Source of the DNA: a virus
Lineage: Duplodnaviria > Caudoviricetes
Reading direction: 5' to 3' (one strand)
Virus record (IMG/VR): IMGVR_UViG_3300005573_000129
Coordinates: 1 to 48,800 of that record
Length of the DNA stretch: 48,800 bases
Shown piece by piece: positions 1-10,900 of the stretch; the stretch's first letter is position 1, and each line of letters opens with the position of its first letter. The position numbers and the translations under genes are program-made. Below the pieces are notes generated by a model. The model was given only the letters and a program-made list of their open reading frames with translations. It had not been told where the DNA came from and searched no databases.

Positions 1-1
1 A

Positions 2-85
2 TATCTTGGCAATCCAAAGATTACTGCTGAAGAAGGGATCAAGAGAGTTGTTGAGCATAAATTAAAGAAGATGGGTAAACTATGA
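2..85 (+). CDS. 3' end of a gene truncated by the window edge, probably an NAD-dependent epimerase/dehydratase C-terminus
   Basis: Frame 2 reads YLGNPKITAEEGIKRVVEHKLKKMGKL*, resembling the extended-SDR C-terminal 'LG..PK..LEEGI.R.V' motif; its stop overlaps the next ATG (ATGA). Confidence 0.5.
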   Translation, partial: YLGNPKITAEEGIKRVVEHKLKKMGKL

Positions 86-576
86 GCAGAATTCCACCGA
101 TATATGGAGAAGATTATGAGTCTCAATGGGGAAAGATAGATTATACTGGGAAAATAGTTCTCGATATTGGAGGATCAACTGGGGATACTGCTGATTTTTT
201 CCTTCGTAAGGGAGCATTATTGGTAATCTCTGTTGACAATAATGCAGAGTATTCTAACATATGCAGAGAGAACTCTAAAAAATTTGGTCTTCCTATCCTT
301 TCTTTAAATCTTGATATGGGATGTGAAAAACGATGGGATAAACTGATTTCGATGTTTAGACCAGATGTTGTTAAATCTGATTGTGAAGGATGCGAACATA
401 ATCTTGCAAAGATTTCAAACGAATCTTTTAGGATTCCGAAAGAGTATATTATAGAAGTCCATTCAAAGAACATAGAAGATGATCTTACAAAGAGGTTTGA
501 AGCACATGGATATAAGTTAATAGATGTAAATGCTTGGGCAGACCCTGTTAAGATAATTTATTGGAAGAGGGATTGA
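82..576 (+). CDS. FkbM-like SAM-dependent methyltransferase
   Basis: VLDIGGSTGD SAM-binding motif I; DVVKSDCEGCE matches FkbM 'K.D.EG.E'; IIEVH. Confidence 0.75.
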   Translation: MSRIPPIYGEDYESQWGKIDYTGKIVLDIGGSTGDTADFFLRKGALLVISVDNNAEYSNICRENSKKFGLPILSLNLDMGCEKRWDKLISMFRPDVVKSDCEGCEHNLAKISNESFRIPKEYIIEVHSKNIEDDLTKRFEAHGYKLIDVNAWADPVKIIYWKRD

Positions 577-583
577 ACTTAAT

Positions 584-1045
584 ATGGGATATAGTTCTGT
601 TGGGATTATAGGGACAAGGCATGGATTAACACCACAACAACAGAGCACTTTGCATAGTTTTTTTGAAAAGAATATTTTTTCTTTAAAAGAAGCACATCAT
701 GGTGATGAGATAGGGACTGATTTAGTATTTCACAAAATTGCAAAGTCCTTTGGTCTTAAAATAATTATACATCCACCTGATAGTCCACTCAAAAGAGCAT
801 TTCTGAAAGGAAATGAAATATTAGAAGAAAAAAACCCAGATGAGAGGAACAAAGAGATTATAGACTTGGTGGATTTAGTTATAATAGCACCATCTGATAT
901 ATCAATGAAAAAGCCAAATGCATTCAACTTAAATACTGCTATATTGTATGCCAAGAAGATTAAAAAACCTATAATGATGCTGTATCCAGATGGGAAGTTT
1001 ACTATATTGACTATTAAAGAAATGAATTCTGGATATTCTATTTGA
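584..1045 (+). CDS. SLOG-superfamily (YspA/DprA-like) nucleotide-binding protein
   Basis: VGIIGTR, HHGDEIGTD, IIHP, RNKEIIDLVDLVI and T....A.K..KP pattern typical of SLOG folds. Confidence 0.65.
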   Translation: MGYSSVGIIGTRHGLTPQQQSTLHSFFEKNIFSLKEAHHGDEIGTDLVFHKIAKSFGLKIIIHPPDSPLKRAFLKGNEILEEKNPDERNKEIIDLVDLVIIAPSDISMKKPNAFNLNTAILYAKKIKKPIMMLYPDGKFTILTIKEMNSGYSI

Positions 1046-1049
1046 AAAG

Positions 1050-1598
1050 GTGGTATCTTTGAAAAATATTGGATTCATTGGATGTATGGGTTCTGGAAAG
1101 ACTACTATGGCTAATTTGGTATCGGAACATTTTGGGCATAAGAGAGTTTCTTTTGCAAGTGGTGTTAGGGAAGTAAAAGATATGCTCTTCAATGATTATC
1201 CAAATGAACGAGAGATACTTCAGAAAATAGGTATGGCTATGAGAAATATAAGCAATGATGTATGGATTAAATATCTATTCAGTAAATTGTCTGAAGATAA
1301 AAACTATGTGATAGATGATGTAAGGTTTATCAATGAAGTGAATTATTTGCTTGATAATGGTTGGTCGTTGTTTAAGTTAGAAGTGCCTACATCCGAAAGA
1401 ATTAGAAGACTTCAGAAAATTGGAAAATTCAAAGGTGATTTTGAAAATATATGGCACCCATCTGAACTTGAAGCTTTTAGCATATCAAAGGATGATTACG
1501 GAGACAAGATAGTATTCGTTGATAACACAAGACCTTTAGATATTGTATGGAAGGAAATTAAATCTGAAATATTAAATAGGAATAATTTAAAACCATAA
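1050..1598 (+). CDS. deoxynucleoside-monophosphate kinase-like P-loop kinase
   Basis: Walker A GCMGSGKTT, SFA, VIDDVRF.NE and H.SE motifs of phage dNMP kinases. Confidence 0.75.
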   Translation: MVSLKNIGFIGCMGSGKTTMANLVSEHFGHKRVSFASGVREVKDMLFNDYPNEREILQKIGMAMRNISNDVWIKYLFSKLSEDKNYVIDDVRFINEVNYLLDNGWSLFKLEVPTSERIRRLQKIGKFKGDFENIWHPSELEAFSISKDDYGDKIVFVDNTRPLDIVWKEIKSEILNRNNLKP

Positions 1599-1651
1599 TC
1601 GTAGAAATATTTAAATTGTCAACAAATGATAATTGAATAAGGTGAGAAATA

Positions 1652-2293
1652 ATGCCGTTGTCAAGTCTTGACATAGTTTTCTATTATACGAATAATGCTT
1701 CTCAAGCAACCAACACATTAAGCCTTGGTGGTTCTATTTCTTCAAATACAATTCCTGACAATGTCTCCAACAATATTTTTGATGATGTGACTGGTGATGA
1801 AGCTTCAACTGGAGATACAGAATATAGGGCAATTGCAGTAAAGGATACAAATTCTTCTTATGATATGCTGAATACTAAAGTGTATATTACAGGATATACA
1901 AGGGCTGGCAGTGCATATGACACTATAAGTTTTGCACTTGAACAAGTAACAAGTGGTACTATACAGCTAATTGCAGACGAAAGCACAGCACCGAACACAG
2001 TAAGGTTTACTACTCCAGTAGGTGTTGCAAACTGGACAGTAGAAGGAGCTCCTTCAGCAACACTAACGTATGGAACATTGCCTGCTGGTAATTGGTTTGG
2101 TCTTTGGTTGAGAAGGCAAGTCCCTGCTGGTGCAACTGCGTATAGCAACAGGTCTTGCACAATTATGATAGAATGCGATACTACTGCTTCTCCAATAGTC
2201 GGTGTGATACAGAAAGAATTTGCAGTCAATTGGTATGACGGTGGGTTTGGTCTAAAGCATTTGAATACAAAGTTCATTCCAAAATCAAGGTGA
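1652..2293 (+). CDS. putative virion structural protein (beta-rich, tail/fibre associated)
   Basis: Thr/Ser/Gly-rich; SLGG..S...NNIFDDV and 'WLRR.VPAGA' patterns; AAGGTGA RBS; TTTAAAT box ~1610. Confidence 0.5.
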   Translation: MPLSSLDIVFYYTNNASQATNTLSLGGSISSNTIPDNVSNNIFDDVTGDEASTGDTEYRAIAVKDTNSSYDMLNTKVYITGYTRAGSAYDTISFALEQVTSGTIQLIADESTAPNTVRFTTPVGVANWTVEGAPSATLTYGTLPAGNWFGLWLRRQVPAGATAYSNRSCTIMIECDTTASPIVGVIQKEFAVNWYDGGFGLKHLNTKFIPKSR

Positions 2294-2298
2294 CATGA

Positions 2299-2538
2299 TT
2301 GTCTCAAAACTGGGGAATACTACAATCTTGCAATAGATGCAGATACGGTAAATCCCACGAACCAATCCTTATTTTTTCTAAAGATAGAGGTCCAAGAGTG
2401 ATCTTGGACCATAATAAAAGAGATAAATACGTTAGAAAAGGTGATTGCATAGGATTTCAAAAATGTGGTAAATGTTTTGAAGTGGCTATAGATAAAGTAA
2501 AAGATTCAACTATTCCTTGTGAATGGAAAAAATTCTGA
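2299..2538 (+). CDS. small Cys-rich hypothetical protein
   Basis: CNRC, C and CGKC motifs; GGTGA RBS upstream. Confidence 0.5.
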   Translation: MSQNWGILQSCNRCRYGKSHEPILIFSKDRGPRVILDHNKRDKYVRKGDCIGFQKCGKCFEVAIDKVKDSTIPCEWKKF

Positions 2539-2594
2539 CTATTTGGATAATTTATATATTTGATATGCCAACATAATAATTTGGAGTTGATAAA

Positions 2595-3071
2595 ATGACA
2601 ACTGAAGCAGAGTTGGTTCAGCAAGTAAACAATTCTGGTAAAGTAATTAAACTAACATTCTTGGAAGAACATCCATCAAGAGATGGCGGTGTTGATCGTT
2701 TTTATGCTATACTTGTAGGCAACCCAGATACACCGACACTTGGCAGATATGAGTCGTTTTGCATAAGAGTTTACAATAAGGGGACTGCAAATGAGAGTGC
2801 TTACTTTAGGGATTCTATTCCTTCTCCATTGCTACAATTTCCTACAAATACAAGTACATTCAGTAGTGATTTGAGGGACTTTATAAATCAGAGAAAGTCA
2901 TCATTGTCAAATGTGGTTAAGATTACTATCGATTTCATAGATGAAGCTAATGAAATAGCAACAGCTACTGCTTGGAAGCTTACTACAGATACAACTGCTA
3001 TAACCAAAGAACAATATGTAGTTTGGAGAGAAAATGGGACTTTCTATATTAAAAAGTATTCTGCAAATTAG
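2595..3071 (+). CDS. hypothetical protein
   Basis: 158-aa ORF; TTTATATA box at 2551, GGAG RBS, T-rich terminator downstream. Confidence 0.6.
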   Translation: MTTEAELVQQVNNSGKVIKLTFLEEHPSRDGGVDRFYAILVGNPDTPTLGRYESFCIRVYNKGTANESAYFRDSIPSPLLQFPTNTSTFSSDLRDFINQRKSSLSNVVKITIDFIDEANEIATATAWKLTTDTTAITKEQYVVWRENGTFYIKKYSAN

Positions 3072-3074
3072 TCT

Positions 3075-3105
3075 AACTTTCTTATTATTTTTCTATTTTT
3101 TTGTT
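3075..3105 (+). terminator. oligo-T archaeal-type terminator
   Basis: Several T-tracts immediately after the stop at 3071. Confidence 0.45.
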
Positions 3106-3289
3106 TAAGTCTAATTTTAGGACTTTGTAATTTTATGAGGCATTTGTCTATCCATGTTGGTATATTTGGTTTAATGTAGAATTACAAGATAATGTTCAAG
3201 ATTAGTATTGATATAATTTTTCGATTCATTAAAACATTGGATTAATTATTTATAAGTTCGAGTAGCAAAGCCATTATTGTGGAATAAAG

Positions 3290-3634
3290 ATGTCAATTGA
3301 AGAAACCAATTATCAAGATAATGGAAGGACTTTGACAATTATCAGGATTGGTAAATGTAATGAATGTGGGTATTGTTGTGGATTTGAGAATGGGATTGTA
3401 ACAGAAGGTTCTTGTAGTCATCTTGATAAAAATGGTAAGTGTTTGACATATGATAAAAGATATCTTTATTGTGAAGAACATAAGACAGATCATCTTAATT
3501 GTATAAATTTTCCAATGCATCCGATTAGAAAGCTGAATCCCAAATGCAGGTATAAGTTCATAGAGAAAGAAAGTGGTGCTGAAATAATATCATTAGAATT
3601 TGCTGATGGGGAGTTTTTGACTAAAAATGCCTAA
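3290..3634 (+). CDS. YkgJ-like Cys-cluster (Zn/Fe-chelating) protein
   Basis: CNECGYCC, C.HL...KC..Y, C..FP and C motifs. Confidence 0.65.
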   Translation: MSIEETNYQDNGRTLTIIRIGKCNECGYCCGFENGIVTEGSCSHLDKNGKCLTYDKRYLYCEEHKTDHLNCINFPMHPIRKLNPKCRYKFIEKESGAEIISLEFADGEFLTKNA

Positions 3635-6600
3635 TAATTTTGGTAACATTAAGTTTCAGACACTTGATGGAAGAGAACTTGATGCTAAACTATATTGCCA
3701 TAGTGAAACTGTAAACATTAATGGGACGAATTATTATCTATTAAAATCAAACACTCCTGCTGATGGGTCTGGTGTTTCTCTTTCAGCTTCTACTGGTAGT
3801 GTTGCAAGAGTAGTATGGGGAAAGTTTGTATTTCCATTGTCTGATATTCGTAGCATTCAAAGTGCTACAATCAATGCGATTTATAGAGCATACACTACTG
3901 GCGGAACTGTTAATGCTGAAATAGACATTAAAATTTTGAAATCTGACAATACAGTAAGGACCACCATAGCAACAGGCGTGTCTAAATCTTCAAGCCTTGG
4001 GACTTCTTGGAGCACTCTTACTGGTGCTGATTATTCATTTAGTAGATATGATGTTGTCGACCAGACAGATTATTTAGAAATAGATTACATTGCAAATGTA
4101 ACTTCTGCAAAAATAGGTAAAACTGCATTTTTAAGAATAGACTCTAGTACATTACCAGAAACAGATCAAACAAGAAGCCAAGAATGGAATTTTTTGGGTA
4201 TTGTTAAAAAATATTTAGCCATTAGGCATAGTGTTTGTACCGCTAAAAAATATTTAGCTATTAGGCATAATATTCGTAACGTTGCAAAGCAAAGAATTTC
4301 TTTAAATTATAGTTCATATTATATTGGTTGGGCTTATAGAAAATCTCACATTATCCAACCAAGTAGTGGTGCTGGAACAAACTATCAAGTAAAGATTATA
4401 GTTCATTATGGGTCAGGCACAGACTCTGGGGAAAATGTCTATCTTAATTACCATTGCAGGTCTGACTTTGGCGATATTAGGTTTACAAAATCAGATGGTG
4501 TTACATTCCTAGATTACTGGATGGAAAGCTACACCGCTAGCGATAATGCGGTTTTCTGGGTTGAAATTGCAGACGACTTAAGCACAAATAATCAGACGAT
4601 TTATATTTATTATGGCAATACAAGTGCTACCACAACAAGCAATGGAGCAAGCACATTCCTGTTTTTTGATGACTTTGCAACTAATACGTTGGATAATTAT
4701 ACTGAAACTTATGACTCTGGTGGTTCACCAGCATTTTCATACGATGCTTCAGGTCAGAGAGTCGTGGGTTACACCACCGATGCAAAACAACATCATTTAA
4801 CGCATAATACTTTCACAGTTTCAGACCATAAAATAGGTGTTAAAATAATAAGCGGACAGGATGGAGGGATGTGCTTCAGGTTTGTAGACCAATACAATTT
4901 TTACCTTGTAAATTTCTATGATAGCAGTGACCCATCAACACCTAATTGTATTCGTGTCTGGAGAAGGGCTAGCGGAACATGGACTGAATTAGGCAATTAT
5001 GTAAGTATTTCAAACACAGCTGGGTCTGTTCATCAGCTTTATTTTGGCTTTTACGGGATATACCTTTATGTCTGGTGGGACGGTACCCTAGTAATAGACA
5101 TGCGTTTCCTCGGCACAATGTTTACAAGTGGAAAGTTTGGTCCTAGAATCAGCTCGACTCCTAGCACTAACCCATGTTATCACGATGATTTGAGAGTAAG
5201 TAAGTTTGTTGCCTCTGAACCCAATCATGGAAGTTGGGGAAGCGAAGAAACTCTTAATAAAATTACAAAAACGTTGAAGTTGTACCAAAACATTGTTGTA
5301 AAAGTATACGATAAGATTTCTGGCATATTTTCAGTATTGCAAGGATTACAAACTATCTATAAGAGTATTATTCAGCTGTTTTATATCCTTAATTTTAAAA
5401 GAAAGTCATATTCGATTTTGCATAGTTTAAGGAACAAAAGATATTCTACATTTACAGTAAAAGAAAAAATTCTAAATTCTGTACTTAAGCTGTTTAAACC
5501 AATTTGGAATTTAAGAAATGTGCTGTATGTGCTCAAGTCATTTATTTGGAAATCATACACCAAAACACTAAAACAGTACAAAATAATATTTGGATTAAGG
5601 AATAGAGTTTCAGATTCAATTAGATTAATCTACAATGTGAGGAATTTAATCTCTAAAAAATTTTATTTGATATATAAGCTACTTAACAAAGTATGCGATT
5701 CAGTTAAACCGATCTATTCTATAAGAAATAGAGTCTATGGATCGTACAGATTGCTATACAGTATAATTAACAGGATTTATGATTCTATAAAGTCGGTCTA
5801 TTCTATAAGAAATAGAATTTATAAGTCATATAAATTGCTGTACGGTGTAATTGGTAAGGTACTTGATTACATTAAATTAGCATTTACAATAAGAAATAGA
5901 GTCTATAAAACATCAAAGCTGTTGTACAGCATAATTAACAAGTTGCATTATGCATTAAGCACAAAATGGAACATAAGAAACATACTTCCAAAACGTATAG
6001 TGCAATTCTATTCTTTAAGGAATAAAACACTAAAGCTTTTTAGACTAATTTACAATGTTAGGACAGCAATCTTTGACTTAATTAAAACAGAATATAATAT
6101 TTTACATTCTGTTATTGCCAAAGTATCTACAAAATATGGCATTAATAATTTAGTTAAAAGTGCAATATCTAGTACTTACAATATATTCGGAAAGGCGATA
6201 TTAAGAACAGGAGTACTGTTATACTCCACTCTTAATAAGGTATATTCAAGACGGAGTTTATACTACTATATTAGGAATCTGGTAAGTGATTATGCAAAAT
6301 TACAATATAGCACTCTTAATTCTGTAAAAGATCATCTTACTATGATATGGAAAACACTGAATAAATCAGCATTATTGTTTAAGGCGAACTACAATATCAG
6401 GAACTTAATTAGCATTAGAAAAAGCATATTGTATTCTATTAGGAACTTGGTAAAAATTGCATTCAATGTAAAGTTTTCATTGAGGAACTTGATTTTGAAA
6501 TCTTTTGTTCCTATATATTTTGTATTGCATATAGTATACAATTCAATAATTCAGGCATATTCAATCAGGAATTTAATAATGAATCTAAAAGAATTGAAAT

Positions 6601-7664
6601 ATTCTATTAGTAAAAAGGTATATTATACATTTAAACAACTTTACAATATTAGAAATAGAATCTATGGGTTATTTAGAGTTAAGCATAATATTCTAAATCT
6701 CATAATTGCCAAGTTATTGCCTATCTACACAATTAGAAATATTGTATCGGAAGTTTTGAAGATTAGATATACAATTTTAGGGAAGGCAATTGCAGTCTTT
6801 AAGACTTCAATATATTCTATAAGGAATAGAGTCCAGATTGAAAGAACTGCCATATATGGGATTATGAATCTTGTACATGTTTCATTAAGCTCATTGTATT
6901 TGCTTTACAATAGAATCTCAAGGTCATTATCAAAACTTTATGGCATTTCTGGAATAATTTCAAAGATGTTAGTTGCTAATTGGAATATTTTATCCAAGAT
7001 ATACATTGGAGTTTCATTTAAATGGTCTTCACTATTATTTAGGAGAGTAAAACTTGCTGTAAGCTATGGCATTCGTTCTTTAATTAAGTCCATGCTAAAT
7101 GTCAGGCACAACTTAAGTGGCTTGATTGTAAAGGAATTATTATACTCTTGGAACATTCTAAATAAACGAATTAATTCAGTATCTGCTGTATTTAATGTTA
7201 GAAACTTAACTAAATTCATCATTTCTCTGTCTTATGGAATAATGAATTCTGTAGTTAACTTTGTAAGATCATCTTACAACATAATGAATAGAGTTTCTGA
7301 AATAATATCAGCAAACTATAATTTATTTAAAGTCATATATGCATCGTTACACAGCATTTTCAAGATTAAATCTTTAGTTAAGTCTATGCTTATATTGCAA
7401 CATGGAATCCTTGCTCGTATTAAGTATGAACTAAAGTCTTTATGGGATATAGGATATTTGAAGATATCTAAACTTTTAAAATTTGATTGGAATGTTCAAT
7501 ATGTAATAAAGAACTTAATAATTTCCATAAGGTCATTGCCTATTTATTCTACAGCAAAAACAAACATATTTGTATCTTATAGAAGATTGTTTAATAAATT
7601 AGTCATGTTGGAAAAAACTATTAAAGAAGTATCAAGAAGGTTATTCAGGAGGGTAGTAAAGTGA
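3627..7664 (+). CDS. large adhesin/tail-fibre-like protein: N-terminal beta domain, DUF2341 domain, long 14-aa-repeat shaft
   Basis: GWAYRKSH...NYQV...CRSDFGDIRFT...LDYW...IYIYYGN...FFDDF (DUF2341) at ~4324-5255; C-terminal periodic (Y/W/F)xI(R/L)NxV repeats. Confidence 0.7.
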   Translation: MPNNFGNIKFQTLDGRELDAKLYCHSETVNINGTNYYLLKSNTPADGSGVSLSASTGSVARVVWGKFVFPLSDIRSIQSATINAIYRAYTTGGTVNAEIDIKILKSDNTVRTTIATGVSKSSSLGTSWSTLTGADYSFSRYDVVDQTDYLEIDYIANVTSAKIGKTAFLRIDSSTLPETDQTRSQEWNFLGIVKKYLAIRHSVCTAKKYLAIRHNIRNVAKQRISLNYSSYYIGWAYRKSHIIQPSSGAGTNYQVKIIVHYGSGTDSGENVYLNYHCRSDFGDIRFTKSDGVTFLDYWMESYTASDNAVFWVEIADDLSTNNQTIYIYYGNTSATTTSNGASTFLFFDDFATNTLDNYTETYDSGGSPAFSYDASGQRVVGYTTDAKQHHLTHNTFTVSDHKIGVKIISGQDGGMCFRFVDQYNFYLVNFYDSSDPSTPNCIRVWRRASGTWTELGNYVSISNTAGSVHQLYFGFYGIYLYVWWDGTLVIDMRFLGTMFTSGKFGPRISSTPSTNPCYHDDLRVSKFVASEPNHGSWGSEETLNKITKTLKLYQNIVVKVYDKISGIFSVLQGLQTIYKSIIQLFYILNFKRKSYSILHSLRNKRYSTFTVKEKILNSVLKLFKPIWNLRNVLYVLKSFIWKSYTKTLKQYKIIFGLRNRVSDSIRLIYNVRNLISKKFYLIYKLLNKVCDSVKPIYSIRNRVYGSYRLLYSIINRIYDSIKSVYSIRNRIYKSYKLLYGVIGKVLDYIKLAFTIRNRVYKTSKLLYSIINKLHYALSTKWNIRNILPKRIVQFYSLRNKTLKLFRLIYNVRTAIFDLIKTEYNILHSVIAKVSTKYGINNLVKSAISSTYNIFGKAILRTGVLLYSTLNKVYSRRSLYYYIRNLVSDYAKLQYSTLNSVKDHLTMIWKTLNKSALLFKANYNIRNLISIRKSILYSIRNLVKIAFNVKFSLRNLILKSFVPIYFVLHIVYNSIIQAYSIRNLIMNLKELKYSISKKVYYTFKQLYNIRNRIYGLFRVKHNILNLIIAKLLPIYTIRNIVSEVLKIRYTILGKAIAVFKTSIYSIRNRVQIERTAIYGIMNLVHVSLSSLYLLYNRISRSLSKLYGISGIISKMLVANWNILSKIYIGVSFKWSSLLFRRVKLAVSYGIRSLIKSMLNVRHNLSGLIVKELLYSWNILNKRINSVSAVFNVRNLTKFIISLSYGIMNSVVNFVRSSYNIMNRVSEIISANYNLFKVIYASLHSIFKIKSLVKSMLILQHGILARIKYELKSLWDIGYLKISKLLKFDWNVQYVIKNLIISIRSLPIYSTAKTNIFVSYRRLFNKLVMLEKTIKEVSRRLFRRVVK
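4205..4269 (+). repeat. 39-bp-period tandem duplication (KKYLAIRH twice)
   Basis: taaaaaatatttagcYattaggcata at 4205 and 4244. Confidence 0.85.
5260..7500 (+). repeat. about 50 degenerate 14-aa (42-nt) coding repeats
   Basis: For example YSIRNRVYGSYRLL / YSIINRIYDSIKSV / YSIRNRIYKSYKLL; DNA-level similarity visible at 5700-5910. Confidence 0.8.
7261..7279. promoter_or_regulatory. 19-bp palindrome TTGTAAGATCATCTTACAA, one of 16 dispersed AAGATSATCTT sites
   Basis: Read directly; the same 11-bp core recurs throughout the window. Confidence 0.6.
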
Positions 7665-7990
7665 ATACTTTAACTTCAGGAGATGTAGAATATTTTTACT
7701 TTTACTTAAAAGATCAAAACCCAGAAACAGGTGAAATAACAGCACATGATTTAAGAGATGCTTCTACTATAATATTTAGGGCTATAAGATATGGCAGTAA
7801 AACCGTTGAATTGGAAGCCACTTGTAGTGTAGTTGATGCAACTTTAGGGCTTTGCAGGGTTTATTTTACAGTACCATTAGCTGTAGGCAACAATAACAAA
7901 TTTGAGAGTGAGATAGAAGTTATTTCTCCTTCAGAAAGAAAGACTTGGTTTAAAGACCTTGACTTTGTAGTAAGACCAGATTTAGGGTGA
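7661..7990 (+). CDS. BppU-N-like Ig-fold adaptor protein
   Basis: 'GD...F.L.D......DL..A.....A...G...Y.......E.E...' pattern; GTGA overlap with the fibre gene. Confidence 0.5.
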   Translation: MNTLTSGDVEYFYFYLKDQNPETGEITAHDLRDASTIIFRAIRYGSKTVELEATCSVVDATLGLCRVYFTVPLAVGNNNKFESEIEVISPSERKTWFKDLDFVVRPDLG

Positions 7991-7994
7991 TAAA

Positions 7995-10900
7995 ATGAAA
8001 GTAGTTAAATTGGAATTTGAAGATGTAGTAAAACTTTGGCATGGGGAAATAATGCCAGAAAAGGATACTGCATATACATTTGGCGATCTTTGTATTGCAT
8101 TGGATGGGGTATTGCTTGATAAGCCAATTGTTGTAGCAATAAATGAAGACAAAGTTTCTCAAATATCTTTAGAAGCACTTGAAGACGATAGCCTTGAATT
8201 ATTGCACAACTTGTGCCATATTATTGAAGAAAATTTAGACCATATACCTCAAATATGCAAATTGCACTTTGACATTGCAAGACATATGATCCAGAGGGGT
8301 AAATCCCACTCTGGAAATGCTTTTTGTGATCGTGTAGTTGAGCTTATAAAAGGTTCATTTGAAGATTATGTAAAAACACTTCCTAATTTAGATGATAAGG
8401 TATTAGCAGATGATCTTCGTATTGTTTATGGTTGGTATTCCACTATAAAAAGTGGGAAACAGCTTTACAAACATATTGGAGAAAAAAGAGAACCTATCAC
8501 TTTAGAATCACTTGAGGATTTAGCAGTTGAGATTGTAAAAGAAATGATAAAAAGAGGATTTAAATTCTCAAAGCCAGAAGATTATAAAACTAAAAGCAGA
8601 GAGCTATGGGAAAAGGTAATTGAGAGGGTTGGTAAAGATAAAATAATATTTGAAGGCTCAAGTTTACCCACTAATGTAACAGAAATTAACGTTGATTATC
8701 TTAAAGGGCTTAATAATGAAGAACTTGAAAAATTGTGGGAATGGCTACATAATAAGTGGAAAGAAGAATTTCCAGATGGTAAGATAAATGAGGATTTCCT
8801 GAATGCAAATATTCTTATCCAGATGGAGAGATTCAATAGAGGGCTTATAGATTATTCTTACAAAGACAAAGATGATCTTGACAGAGAATCAAGGTATTCT
8901 TGGCAAGAATATGGAGCTGTGACTCCTTTGTCTAAAAGAATAACACTTGAAGAGGCAATCAAGATAATACAAGATAATGGGCAAATTGTAATAAAAGGGG
9001 AACCATATGTTGGATATCTTTGTGGTGGAATAGTAAATAGAGGATATGTTGACGATCAAGATATAGATTTGAGGATTCAAGCAGATTATGATCCAAGAAT
9101 TATTAAGGCTTTGAAAGAAATGAAACCAAAGTGGTTTGCAGATAGGCTTCACATATTCTTTGATAAAGAAGGAGGGATTGGTTATTCAGTTCCAGTCTAT
9201 GCTTTTGGGTTTGATTTAGTGCCTAAAAATGAAATAAAGAAGAATTTTGAAGCCACTAATATTGAATACTTTTCGAGTATTACAGTAGGCAAGCCGGTTA
9301 TAGGGCTTAAGCCTAAAAGTGGATTTGGGAAGAATGAATTCTTCGATGTAAAAGAATGCTGGACTAAATGGGGTATTGAACACCCTAACTCTATTGTAGA
9401 AGAGAAAGTTGATGGAAGAAGATTCCAGATTCATATTGATGGCGATAAAGTCAATATGTTTTCAGAAGATACCCAGCAAGACAGAGCAAATCTATTTCCT
9501 GAAATAGTGGCAGAATTGAAATCTCTTGGCGTCAAAGATGCTATTTTGGATGGGGAAATGTTAGCATTTGAACTGCCTCACAATGTCTCTATTAAGAATG
9601 CATCTTCTAAACGGAAACTTGGAGATTTAATACCAAGAGAAGATACAGCAGTCATTACAGCTGGAAATGAGATTGATCCAGAATTTCGAAAGAAGCTTGT
9701 TTTGGTAATTTATGATATGATGTATCTTAATGGCAAAGACCTTACAGAGTTGCCTTATGAAGAGAGAAGAAAAGAATATCTTAACTTAATTAAAGACAAT
9801 TTGAAGTATATAGATGCGGTAAATGGGATTAAAGTAAGCAATATGCGTGAATTCTTTGAAGCAGTAGAGAAGATGAGGCGATTGAATGGCTCTGAAGGCG
9901 TTGTGATCAAAGATATAGAAATGAGATATCCTGTAAAGTTCTCTGGAGAGAATAGAACTGCAGATGCTTGTAAAATTAAGAATCTAAAGAGTATAGATTG
10001 CATTGTCCTTGATGCAATACAAAAGAAGACTCAAGAAGGAAAACCATTGCCTAACTATTTGTATGTGTCTGGAGTTCTTGTAAGCAAGTCTGAAGCAGAT
10101 CAGTTTGATCCAGAATATATCAAAGAGTATAAAGGAAAAACTTACTTGATTCTTGGGAGAACATATTCAACAGATGTGAAATGTGAGATTGGAGATATAA
10201 TTACAGTAATGCCAATCAGAATAAGGTTCTATGAATCTAATGGAAAGAAGAAAGTAACTTGGATGTTTCCATTGTTTAAAGAAAAGAGAGAAGACAAGAA
10301 AGAGCCAGATACTATTACAACTGCAAAAAGGATTGCAGAAGTAAAGACTTCTCCTTTAAGTGAGGATAATGAAATTATCAGAATAGAGTTGCAAACTTGT
10401 AAATATTATAAAGATGAAAATATATGTCCTCTTAAAAGAATCTTTAGAAAGACAAGAGATCAGTTGTCTGAAATAATTGTAGAGAAAGAGCATTTGAAAT
10501 ATCCAGTTAAATGCCCACTTGCACAATTGTATAAATGTAGATATCTTAAGCCGTATTATTATGAGATTTCTCCATTTGCTAAATATGTCATTGAAACAGA
10601 TGGAGAACTTAATTCATTATCATTGCCAAGAGAACTTAAGTTGTATGCACTGTCAAAATATATGGAATGCCCTAAAGGAGAGCATGAGTTTGTAATTGAA
10701 AGCCATATCTTGACATCTGAATACATTCCTAAAGATAAGCACATTCCAGCAAAAGGTTCTCAACATTTAGATTTTAGGTTTAAAGTAGACGGATATCTTG
10801 AAGGTTGGAGTATTGTAGGTGGCTCTGTAGATAATATGGTTACACCAACAACATTAATTGAAAACAAAGCTAAAGGATTTAGGGCAGAGGAGAAGGCACA

